Positions 10,201-17,134 of a DNA stretch of 25,616 bases are shown piece by piece; within the stretch, counting starts at the first letter, position 1; each line of letters starts with the position of its first letter. The stretch covers positions 1 to 25,616 of IMG/VR virus record IMGVR_UViG_3300009418_000106; one strand, 5' to 3'. This stretch comes from a virus. Its lineage: Duplodnaviria > Caudoviricetes. Below the pieces are notes generated by a model that saw only the letters and a list, made by a program, of their open reading frames with translations, was not told the origin of the DNA and searched no databases. A program made the translations under genes and the position numbers.

Positions 10201-12062
10201 TAGGGGCCTACCTGTGCACCGGGTCTAGGAGAACCGGGCGGCACTACAGGCCCAGCCTGTGGTACAGGCATGGGTGGTGGCACGCCCAAAGCAGCGTTAG
10301 GCATTACTTCAGGTGGCAGGCCCGGAGGGCCACCGGGTAGCGGGCCCATTGGTCCCATCGGAGGGCCACCGGGAGGAGGGCCACCGGGAGGCATGGGGCC
10401 TCCCATTCCGGGCGGTGGCGGGGGCATTACCGCACTCATGCGCTCCTGTAATACACGCCTCTTCTCAAGTAACACCGACAGCATCTCGCCCATATAGAAG
10501 TCCACTAGGTCATCGCGTCCCTGACGTTCCGCTGCCTGTAGCATAGACCAGAGCGTTGCCTCTGGCAACATCTTCTCTGCGATCTGTTCCTTAATTGCGT
10601 CATCCATCTGGTCTGCATCCTGTATCGCAAGTATCCTGTCCCTGATTGCCCTGTCTGACAGGAGAGGAGTCGGCCCCTCCCTTGCAATCTGTGCCATCGA
10701 GAACTTGGTCATGTCGTCCTGAGGCAGTTGTCCGATCAGGCGTACCACTGCCATGCCCGCTCCATCAATCACATCCGTGGTAATCTCCTGAGAGAAGTAG
10801 GTGCGGTTACGGTCCATACCTGATACTTCCATAGCCTTGTATGACCCGGAGGCATACTGGTCAGCTATGATACTGAATGCCATCTGGTAAGCCTTCTCGA
10901 TAGCACGGAGGTACTTACCCACGATAGTATCCACGCCCTGTCTCAGTGTGTTAATAGCGTAACCCGATAACTGGAAAGGGAGGTCCCCATACACGGAGTG
11001 GGGCAGGGAACCCCGTTGCAGCTCGCCTGAGACAAGGCTCATAAATGCCCCTGTCTCCTTCGCCACTTCGAGTAATCCCAGAGGCTCCACCTCTTCCCCC
11101 TGTGCAAGGGAAATCTCTGAGCCTTCCAGATAGGGGTCTTCATCCAGCGTCTTTGTCCCGTCCCTAGAGCGTACCTTCAATCCCTGCCTCCGTGACCGGG
11201 CGGTCAGCTCCAGCAGGGTGCTCATCATAAGGTTGTGCTTCGGGTACAGGTTCCTTGTAGAGCGGAACACGCTCTCTCCCATATCCGCTATAGTGTCTAT
11301 AATCGATGTGTTATTCATCCCCACTATCAGGGGGTTGGCCCCTACCGGGCCTAGGAAGACAGGCACCGTGCCTGCGCCATGCCGTGTCTGCTTCTTCGCC
11401 ACCTTATACAGCGGGTTGTTCGTATCGCCATTATGGACAAGGATGGTGTTCATCTCCTTGTCGTAGAAGTCATACACGAAGGAGCCCTCGGCATCGTGAC
11501 GTGCATCCCAGTCCACCTTCACGTTGTACTGTGCGAAGATCTGGTCCTTGGTCTTCACCATCTTGTAGCACGCCCACTCCAGTCCGTCGGGGCCTATGCC
11601 CCAGTAGGTATGAAGCGGGTCCCACGGCGTGATATCCACATAGGTGGAACCATCATCGCGCTTGGCCAGTAGCGCACGGCCTGCATACCATCCCCTTATA
11701 ACCGTGTACCATGCAAGTTGGTCACGCAGGTTAGGCTGCATCAGGGAGCACAGACGCTCGTCTGCCGACCTTAGTATCCCTATAAGGAAGCGTTCCTTCT
11801 GGTCATTCTTCTCACGGAGTTCCTCGTCAGCCCCGTCGTGGGGAATCCTGACAGTCATCTCCGCTCCAGATATCCAGCCCATCACCTTGTCGGCAAATGT
11901 CTGGGGTTCATTCGATGTATAGCTCTGGTATCCCTCTCCCGCATCGTAGGGATCAAGCTTATAAAGGGCATGGTCTTCTTCCATGCGGTCCCTGAGAGGT
12001 TCCGTAGCCTCGTAGTGGCCGTCAACCAGTGCGATGATGTCCTCTGGCTTACGTCTGGGCAT
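10200..12062 (-). CDS. Portal protein (putative), with Pro/Gly-rich C-terminal tail
   Basis: 620 aa directly after the terminase large subunit; helical N-terminus, 'DPLHTYW', 'LSGYAINTLRQ' stem-like segment and low-complexity PPGG tail as seen in podovirus-type portals. Confidence 0.8.
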   Translation of the reverse strand: MPRRKPEDIIALVDGHYEATEPLRDRMEEDHALYKLDPYDAGEGYQSYTSNEPQTFADKVMGWISGAEMTVRIPHDGADEELREKNDQKERFLIGILRSADERLCSLMQPNLRDQLAWYTVIRGWYAGRALLAKRDDGSTYVDITPWDPLHTYWGIGPDGLEWACYKMVKTKDQIFAQYNVKVDWDARHDAEGSFVYDFYDKEMNTILVHNGDTNNPLYKVAKKQTRHGAGTVPVFLGPVGANPLIVGMNNTSIIDTIADMGESVFRSTRNLYPKHNLMMSTLLELTARSRRQGLKVRSRDGTKTLDEDPYLEGSEISLAQGEEVEPLGLLEVAKETGAFMSLVSGELQRGSLPHSVYGDLPFQLSGYAINTLRQGVDTIVGKYLRAIEKAYQMAFSIIADQYASGSYKAMEVSGMDRNRTYFSQEITTDVIDGAGMAVVRLIGQLPQDDMTKFSMAQIAREGPTPLLSDRAIRDRILAIQDADQMDDAIKEQIAEKMLPEATLWSMLQAAERQGRDDLVDFYMGEMLSVLLEKRRVLQERMSAVMPPPPPGMGGPMPPGGPPPGGPPMGPMGPLPGGPPGLPPEVMPNAALGVPPPMPVPQAGPVVPPGSPRPGAQVGP

Positions 12063-13412
12063 CTACTTCCACCGCTTTACGGCAATTTTATTCCTGTGCT
12101 CCACATACCCGTAGCCGAACCTGTCTACTAACCCGTATATCAAAGCCTTCACTCCGTGGTTATTCTTATCTTCGGGCGTATCACCCACTATATTACCATC
12201 ACGGTCAACCTTCCATCTATATGCCCGTGTCTGACCGTCTATAGGAGACGCAACGGCACCGAACTCGGACAGCACCCCTTTGCATTTAGGGGAGAAGACT
12301 ATCCTCGGGGCGTGGGTCTTGGCATCCACCTTGAGCCACCCCTTGAGCCGTTCCGTTCCCTCGTTAATCCTGATCTTCTGGCTTGAAAGGTACAGCCCTG
12401 TCTGTGCCAGCCACACCTCGGTGGGTGCGGCCATAGCCTGATGCTGTGTCCCTGCTATATCTATTACCCCGAAGTGGACATCCTTCCACCACGGTCGGCT
12501 CCGTGCGATATCTATGATCTCGTCGGTCACCAGTCCCTGCTCATATATCTCATCAATAATACAAATCTGTTCTCCCCTGACCTGCACGACTTCGACGGCG
12601 TATGCCCCTGCATATCCGGGGTCCATCCACAGGTGCACGGGAGATCCGGGGTCGTATTCGAGTTCACTGATGTGCATATCAGGTCGAAACTCCGTGAATA
12701 CGAGTCCACGAGGTGGAGAAGGCTTGCCTTCAATACGTTCCATAAAGAAGTCATCGCTCGATGCCTCCTTCAGTCTCAGAATCTCCGGGTCATTGGCACC
12801 ACCCGGGTACAGGTGGGAGTTTGTATAACTCGGCAGGGAGAAAGCCCTAGCATCAGGCTCTGCACCCGAAGCCCAAGCGGTAAACATCTGGGGATACCAC
12901 CCAAGGCTCCCTTCAAATGTCCCTGCAAGGAACATCCATCCCCTCTTCGGCGCACATCTGCCCCTCATCCTGAAGAATGTCTCCATGTCTAGCTGGCTTG
13001 CCTCGCATCCCAGTATCCCATCGGGCGCACGCATGGCCAGAGTCCTTGGGTCTTTCGCCGACTTTGTCTCTATCAGTGTGCCATCCACCAGCGTGATGTG
13101 GCCGGGGTCTACACGCTTGGAAACTTCCTTGAGTACTCCCAGCTTCTCGAAGTCCTCCGCAAGGTATGTGAACTCTGCCCGTGTCCTCTCGTAGTCCGCA
13201 GCCACCAGCCAGTAAAGTCCCTTGCCCTCCGTCTCCAGAAACCTAGCCAGCAGGTACTTCGCCGCTATCATCGACTTCCCTGCCTGCTCACCGCCCGCAA
13301 CAAGGTTGAACCGGTGCGGCGATGCCAGTATTATCTCCTGTGAAGGAGTGGGCTTGAATCCCACCCTGTCATACAGGTACGAAGTGAGAGTTTCCTTAGT
13401 GGCAGTAGTCAT
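12063..13412 (-). CDS. terL: Terminase large subunit
   Basis: Q motif (PTPSQ), Walker A-like GGEQAGKS, Walker B-like ILGCE, RNase H-like nuclease strand 'WMDPG' and 'IIDEIYE'; immediately upstream of portal. Confidence 0.88.
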   Translation of the reverse strand: MTTATKETLTSYLYDRVGFKPTPSQEIILASPHRFNLVAGGEQAGKSMIAAKYLLARFLETEGKGLYWLVAADYERTRAEFTYLAEDFEKLGVLKEVSKRVDPGHITLVDGTLIETKSAKDPRTLAMRAPDGILGCEASQLDMETFFRMRGRCAPKRGWMFLAGTFEGSLGWYPQMFTAWASGAEPDARAFSLPSYTNSHLYPGGANDPEILRLKEASSDDFFMERIEGKPSPPRGLVFTEFRPDMHISELEYDPGSPVHLWMDPGYAGAYAVEVVQVRGEQICIIDEIYEQGLVTDEIIDIARSRPWWKDVHFGVIDIAGTQHQAMAAPTEVWLAQTGLYLSSQKIRINEGTERLKGWLKVDAKTHAPRIVFSPKCKGVLSEFGAVASPIDGQTRAYRWKVDRDGNIVGDTPEDKNNHGVKALIYGLVDRFGYGYVEHRNKIAVKRWK

Positions 13413-13693
13413 CCACTTTCCTCTTTATCCCACAGTGTCAGGAATACAGGGGTACCATCTCCTACATAAGACCCCGCAACATTAAATTCAAAATATTCCA
13501 CCGCTTCCTCGTCTTCCATACCGTCCCGATCCATAAGTATCTCTATACACTTATCCCTGTCATACGCCACAACAGGCACAGCCCCGAACCTCTCGCATAT
13601 CCCTACTATGGCATCCTCGAAACCATCTGCCAGCAGGGCTTCCCCGTTCCATCCCGACAACCATTCCCTGATCTGGTTCACATTAGTAGTCAT
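13409..13693 (-). CDS. Conserved phage hypothetical protein
   Basis: 94 aa; 'ADGFEDAIVG...VVAYD...EEAVEYFEFNVAGSYVGDGTP' is a pattern I recognise from environmental phages; start/stop overlaps on both sides. Confidence 0.75.
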   Translation of the reverse strand: MTTNVNQIREWLSGWNGEALLADGFEDAIVGICERFGAVPVVAYDRDKCIEILMDRDGMEDEEAVEYFEFNVAGSYVGDGTPVFLTLWDKEESG

Positions 13694-13773
13694 CTTCTCT
13701 TCCCAACCTTATCCTGATGGCGGGCTTTCTTCCGCATCTTCTTCCTCTTCGCTATACTCTTAGGCTTCGCCAC
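13690..13773 (-). CDS. 27-aa highly basic peptide (absent from ORF track)
   Basis: GTG start with GGAG 7 nt upstream; translates MAKPKSIAKRKKMRKKARHQDKVGKRR; TGA overlaps the next ATG (ATGA) and the ORF fills the gap exactly. Confidence 0.65.
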   Translation of the reverse strand: MAKPKSIAKRKKMRKKARHQDKVGKRR

Positions 13774-13774
13774 G

Positions 13775-14215
13775 CTATAACTCCAGATCCCTGAAATCTC
13801 CCGTGGGTATGAAGACCACGGGCTCCATATCCTGAGAGTCACCCCTGTCCTCACGGCCCCCGAAGCCCAGCTCGAAGCTCTTCAGGTCACTCAGGGCAAT
13901 AAACCCTGCACCGTCCGTCCACCTGACGGCAAGCAGGGAGGGCACACCTGCAAACCCTGAGTACTCCCGTGCCGCAAGCACCTTCGCCATAGACACCATG
14001 TACGTCCCAAAGTAATCCTTGGTGTACTTCCGTACCTTGATCTCCAGAAACGCCCTGATGATACCATCACGGAGCATGGCAAAGTCCAGCCTGTAGTGCA
14101 TGGGAAGCTTCCGGGCATCACAACGCCACGCTACGCACAGCTTTTCTACGAAAGCAGTCTCGCGTGTCCTGTCATCCCCCGTCTCATACAGGGGCCTGAC
14201 TGCTGGTATCGTCAT
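13775..14215 (-). CDS. PD-(D/E)XK-family endonuclease-like protein
   Basis: 'RLDFAMLRDG...FLEIKVR' gives D...ExK catalytic spacing; coupled to terS by ATGA overlap. Confidence 0.6.
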   Translation of the reverse strand: MTIPAVRPLYETGDDRTRETAFVEKLCVAWRCDARKLPMHYRLDFAMLRDGIIRAFLEIKVRKYTKDYFGTYMVSMAKVLAAREYSGFAGVPSLLAVRWTDGAGFIALSDLKSFELGFGGREDRGDSQDMEPVVFIPTGDFRDLEL

Positions 14216-14736
14216 CCACCACCCTGCTTCCTCTTCAGTATCTCATCAATCTGCTGGTCCACCGGAGTCTCAAAGTTCTTGGCCACCTGTGCAACCTCCT
14301 GTGGGTGCTCCCTCGCAGCCTTCCTCCACTCCCTGAGCAAATCCCTAGCCGCCTCATCCTGCACAATCGCAGTCGGGCGATACTTATTAGGCAGATTAGC
14401 ATTTAAAAGCGTAATTGCCAAGATGGGAACCTTCTTCACCGTGTCCGGGTCCATAACAATTCCCACGACAACCTCCTCCAATGCCTCCGCAAATTCCTGC
14501 CGTGCATCCAGTACCCTGTCAGGGAACGTGGGGTCATCCTCCATCCACTCCCTGTACGTCCACCGTATCACACCAGCCCTACGCAACCCATTCCGTATCG
14601 TCCCTGTCTCCTTCAATCCTTCAAGGAACTTCTCCTGATTCCTCCTCTTCTTCTGTGTCCTCTCATCCAACTCGCCTAACGACTTCTTCTCCTTAGCCGT
14701 CATAACACGCCTAACCTTCTTAGCAGGATCTGGCAA
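14212..14736 (-). CDS. terS: Terminase small subunit (putative)
   Basis: TTG start with GGAGGAG RBS; HTH-like 'FLEGLKETGTIRNGLRRAGVIRWTYREWMEDDPTF' and 'LLNANLPNKYR' typical of small terminases; first gene of the packaging operon. Confidence 0.72.
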   Translation of the reverse strand: MPDPAKKVRRVMTAKEKKSLGELDERTQKKRRNQEKFLEGLKETGTIRNGLRRAGVIRWTYREWMEDDPTFPDRVLDARQEFAEALEEVVVGIVMDPDTVKKVPILAITLLNANLPNKYRPTAIVQDEAARDLLREWRKAAREHPQEVAQVAKNFETPVDQQIDEILKRKQGGG

Positions 14737-14747
14737 GGAACTCCTCC

Positions 14748-14967
14748 TTTACTCTAACCACATTACTATTACTTATTACTATTACTTACTACTTTACTTT
14801 ACTACCCCCTTAAGGGGGGGTAGTAGTAAAGTAAAGTAAAGTAACAGCTACAGTAACTCACTTTACTTTACTCCACTTTACTCCACTTTACTCAGTAAAG
14901 TAACACACCTCAGGCACGAAACTAAAAACTTTACTAGTAACATTACTCCACTTTACCGAGTAAAGTA
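14748..14967. repeat. AT-rich array of TTACT/CTTTACT units in direct and inverted orientation (origin- or operator-like)
   Basis: TTACT-type units flip to AGTAA around a CCCCCTTAAGGGGG palindrome (14805-14818); tandem CTCCACTTTA at 14871-14890; ACTTTAC-N3-GTAAAGT palindromes at 14885-14901 and 14950-14966. Confidence 0.85.
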
Positions 14968-14990
14968 CAGCAACCAAGGACCTGTGTCAA
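14962..14990 (-). promoter_or_regulatory. Sigma70-type promoter for the packaging/structural operon
   Basis: Minus strand TTGACA (14990-14985), 17-nt spacer, TACTTT (14967-14962), pointing toward terS. Confidence 0.6.
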
Positions 14991-15249
14991 CGGAAGCCTT
15001 TAGCGACAAAAGTCTGTCGGGGGTACCCCTATTAAGACCAGAAGAACTCTAAGCCATACCCATCATCAGCGACAGTAACCAGCAACCGCGACAGTCGCTA
15101 CCGCTCCTGTCGCTAGCCATTGTAGTGTTTCCGAAGCGCGCAGCACCCGTTCCTTATACCGCAAAAAGGCCCTGCCGCCTGAGTGGTGCTAAGTTTCGGT
15201 ACCGGGCCCTTTTGGTACTGCTGCGGTCGACTGTTAACTTTCCCCCACT

Positions 15250-15318
15250 AGCACCCTACCAGCTCCTATTCCAGCACCAATTATCAAGCACCCTACAGCT
15301 ACCACAGCACCAATATCG
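15250..15318. repeat. Imperfect tandem duplication (two copies, ~32-37 bp)
   Basis: AGCACCCTACCAGCTCCTATTCCAGCACCAATTATCA followed by AGCACCCTACAGCTACCACAGCACCAATATCG. Confidence 0.6.
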
Positions 15319-15327
15319 TGATACCTA

Positions 15328-15356
15328 TTGCAGCATGGCACATAGTGTGCTAGCAT
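15328..15356 (+). promoter_or_regulatory. Candidate sigma70-type promoter for the early arm
   Basis: TTGCAG-N17-TAGCAT about 30 bp upstream of the first plus-strand gene; an alternative -10 (TACAAT) lies at 15360-15365. Confidence 0.45.
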
Positions 15357-15386
15357 GCCTACAATCTTAGCTTGAGGAGTGAATCA

Positions 15387-16181
15387 ATGAACGTGAATAG
15401 TCGATTGCTTTATGATGGCCGGAACACGTCAGACACTGACGATATCATTGTCCTAGCTTCCGCCTTTGACCAAAGGTCGATCAATGGCAAGACTTTGGAT
15501 ATGATCCAAGTATTCATCCTACATAGGCACGAATCCCCTACAATTGCAGTAACTACGGGATCGGATGAAGCCGTGTGTGGAAGTTGTTTTCTACGGCCGA
15601 TTATCGCAAAGCAACTTAAGACGGCAGGTGAAAGCAATATACCTTGCTACGTGGACAAGTGGAGAGGCCCTGAAGGAGCATGGAAATCTTGGAAAGCTGG
15701 GAATGTGGCTAGCATTACGCCATTGGAAGCTAGCGAATTGATATCTTCACTCAAGTCCTGTGACTGTGCCAAGACACATCCGCGCAGACTATGCAAGAAT
15801 CCCGGAAAACCACTAGGTGTTCGACTAGGTGCATATGGAGACCCGGCCAGTGTGCCTGACTGGGTGTGGCGCGATCTGTTATCAATGCTGGATAGCAAAC
15901 TCACGAGCTATACACACCAGTGGGAAAACTTCCCAGAGCTGGCAGAATACACAATGGCCAGCATTGATCCCATAACATGGCCGGACGTAGACAGTGCCCT
16001 AGATAAGGCCCACAGCATGGGATTTCGTACTTACCGAGTACTTGCGGTCGGCGAAGCTCCACGAGCTGATGAAATGGTGTGCCCGGAGGCTAGCGGCCGC
16101 ACAAATTGCAACAAATGCGGCCTGTGCTCCGGCAATCTGCGGCCAAATACCCCCAGCATAGTCATTGAAGCGATCCCATAG
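15387..16181 (+). CDS. Cys-rich phage protein, GP88-like/radical-SAM-like (putative Fe-S protein)
   Basis: ATG at 15387 preferred (GAGGAG RBS); motifs NGKT, CGSC...CYV, VRLGAYGD, SYTHQW, MASID and C-terminal CP...CNKCGLC resemble GP88-related phage proteins; no canonical CxxxCxxC. Confidence 0.55.
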   Translation: MNVNSRLLYDGRNTSDTDDIIVLASAFDQRSINGKTLDMIQVFILHRHESPTIAVTTGSDEAVCGSCFLRPIIAKQLKTAGESNIPCYVDKWRGPEGAWKSWKAGNVASITPLEASELISSLKSCDCAKTHPRRLCKNPGKPLGVRLGAYGDPASVPDWVWRDLLSMLDSKLTSYTHQWENFPELAEYTMASIDPITWPDVDSALDKAHSMGFRTYRVLAVGEAPRADEMVCPEASGRTNCNKCGLCSGNLRPNTPSIVIEAIP

Positions 16182-16212
16182 GCACAAATTAGATAGGAAA
16201 GCGAGGTTTTAA

Positions 16213-16569
16213 TTGGTATCTAAAAAATTGGAAAAGCTAGGCGCAAAAGGTGAGAGGCTCGTAGCTAGATTAGTGGGTGCTAAGGCTACGCCTAAGCATG
16301 CCCCGTTTGATGTGGTGGACTTCAGTGATGGCACAGCATATGAAGTCAAAACTGTGTCTGGTCTAGCACTGTCTGGCAGCAATAAAATTCACATCGAAAA
16401 CGGGGCATGGGAGAGGAAACAGGCATTTCTTGACGAGTACGGACTAGAAGGTGTGATCATGGTCGTGGTCATAACTGGCCGGGATAATGTCGCAGTGTAC
16501 CGGGTGCCACTAAGGCAGCACATGAGAATTAGCACAGTGATCAAGTCTGGGGTACAAGTAGCCCAATAG
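16213..16569 (+). CDS. Small PD-(D/E)XK nuclease-fold protein
   Basis: 'LGAKGERLV', 'PFDVV' and 'AYEVKT' give the E...D...ExK motif; TTG start after GAGG in repeat copy 1. Confidence 0.65.
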   Translation: MVSKKLEKLGAKGERLVARLVGAKATPKHAPFDVVDFSDGTAYEVKTVSGLALSGSNKIHIENGAWERKQAFLDEYGLEGVIMVVVITGRDNVAVYRVPLRQHMRISTVIKSGVQVAQ

Positions 16570-16598
16570 GCACGAATAGCAAGAAAGCGAGGCACAGA

Positions 16599-16793
16599 TT
16601 GACTACAGCACAGATTAGGGACATTGCACGCGGGGAATTCTTCAGGCGCACATCCACGTCCGCAAAGGTTTATATCCGCGGCGAATATATCCGTGGCACG
16701 ACACGGCGATACACCTGCATGGACGCTGAAGACATGAACCGGGAACTATTCTTAAGGGGTGCCACCGTGGTGGTGGTAGGGTTCACATACTAG
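16599..16793 (+). CDS. Hypothetical protein (64 aa)
   Basis: TTG start after repeat copy 2; stop forms the start of repeat copy 3. Confidence 0.7.
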   Translation: MTTAQIRDIARGEFFRRTSTSAKVYIRGEYIRGTTRRYTCMDAEDMNRELFLRGATVVVVGFTY

Positions 16794-16822
16794 GCACGAA
16801 TAGCAAGGAAGTGAGGCACATC

Positions 16823-17035
16823 ATGAGCATAGAAGATCAGGTTGTCAGGCTGGAACGTATCGCGCCCAATATCCCACCCTGCCGCTGCTGTGGGCGTGAT
16901 CTGGGTATCATGGACGGTATCACTCAGGCTGTCCGCGATGGCTGGGGTATACATACCCGTTGCATACCTAAGCACTGGGACAAGCATAGCCGCGGCAGGT
17001 CTGCGGCACGCTGCAAGGAATTCAGCAAAGTATAG
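16823..17035 (+). CDS. Small putative Zn-binding protein (70 aa)
   Basis: ATG at 16823 preferred over GTG 16811 on RBS spacing; CRCC...HTRC motif. Confidence 0.65.
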   Translation: MSIEDQVVRLERIAPNIPPCRCCGRDLGIMDGITQAVRDGWGIHTRCIPKHWDKHSRGRSAARCKEFSKV

Positions 17036-17050
17036 GCACGAATACTCCCA

Positions 17051-17123
17051 AAATATGAAAGCGTGACTCCTCAGTCACGCTAGTGGCAGGGTTAGCCGCC
17101 TGCCGCCTGATGATTAAGGCTAG
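17051..17123 (+). ncRNA. Type II hammerhead self-cleaving ribozyme (candidate)
   Basis: GAAA 17057-17060; stem III AGCGUGACU/AGUCACGCU with CCUC loop; NUH = CUA (17080-17082); stem I GUGGCAGG/CCUGCCGC; CUGAUGA 17107-17113; loop I UUAGCC complementary to 3' GGCUAG 17118-17123. Stem II is weak. Confidence 0.8.
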
Positions 17124-17134
17124 AGGAGAGGAAC

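Larger units (their letters stand above)
16179..17063 (+). repeat. Four dispersed gene-boundary repeats, consensus TAGGCACGAATAGCAAGAAAGCGAGGCACA
   Basis: Copies start at 16179, 16567, 16791 and 17033, each with the TAG stop of the preceding gene; copies 2 and 3 match at 28/30 nt; copies 1-3 end in the RBS of the next gene. Confidence 0.9.

Noticed and set aside
10300-10425. GC-rich tandem repeats (GGGCCACCGGGAGG)
   Set aside because: Explained by the Pro/Gly low-complexity tail of the portal protein.
297-14696. Many plus-strand ORFs in the left arm (and minus-strand ORFs in the right arm)
   Set aside because: Antisense shadows of tightly packed, RBS-bearing genes on the opposite strand.
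15063-15132. Possible second hammerhead on the minus strand (GAAA...UA-GCGACAG...CUGUCG-CUGAUGA)
   Set aside because: Stem III does not pair, and the register either removes core C3 or breaks the NUH triplet; better explained by the CGACA repeats.
15336-15351. Sigma54-like TGGCAC-N5-GTGC site
   Set aside because: Spacing fits, but it is also a simple GCACA/TGTGC palindrome inside a plausible sigma70 promoter, with no support for activator-dependent transcription.
15125-15370. 81-aa plus-strand ORF in the intergenic region
   Set aside because: No RBS; overlaps the hairpin, tandem repeat and promoter; likely spurious.
16567-16820. Integron attC or sigma54 promoter interpretation of the repeat
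   Set aside because: No attC-like inverted symmetry or integrase; the GG-to-GC spacing is 8 nt rather than the 10 nt required for sigma54.
16179-17063. CRISPR array interpretation of the ~30-bp repeats
   Set aside because: Intervening sequences are ~190-360 bp protein-coding genes rather than uniform short spacers, and no cas operon is present.
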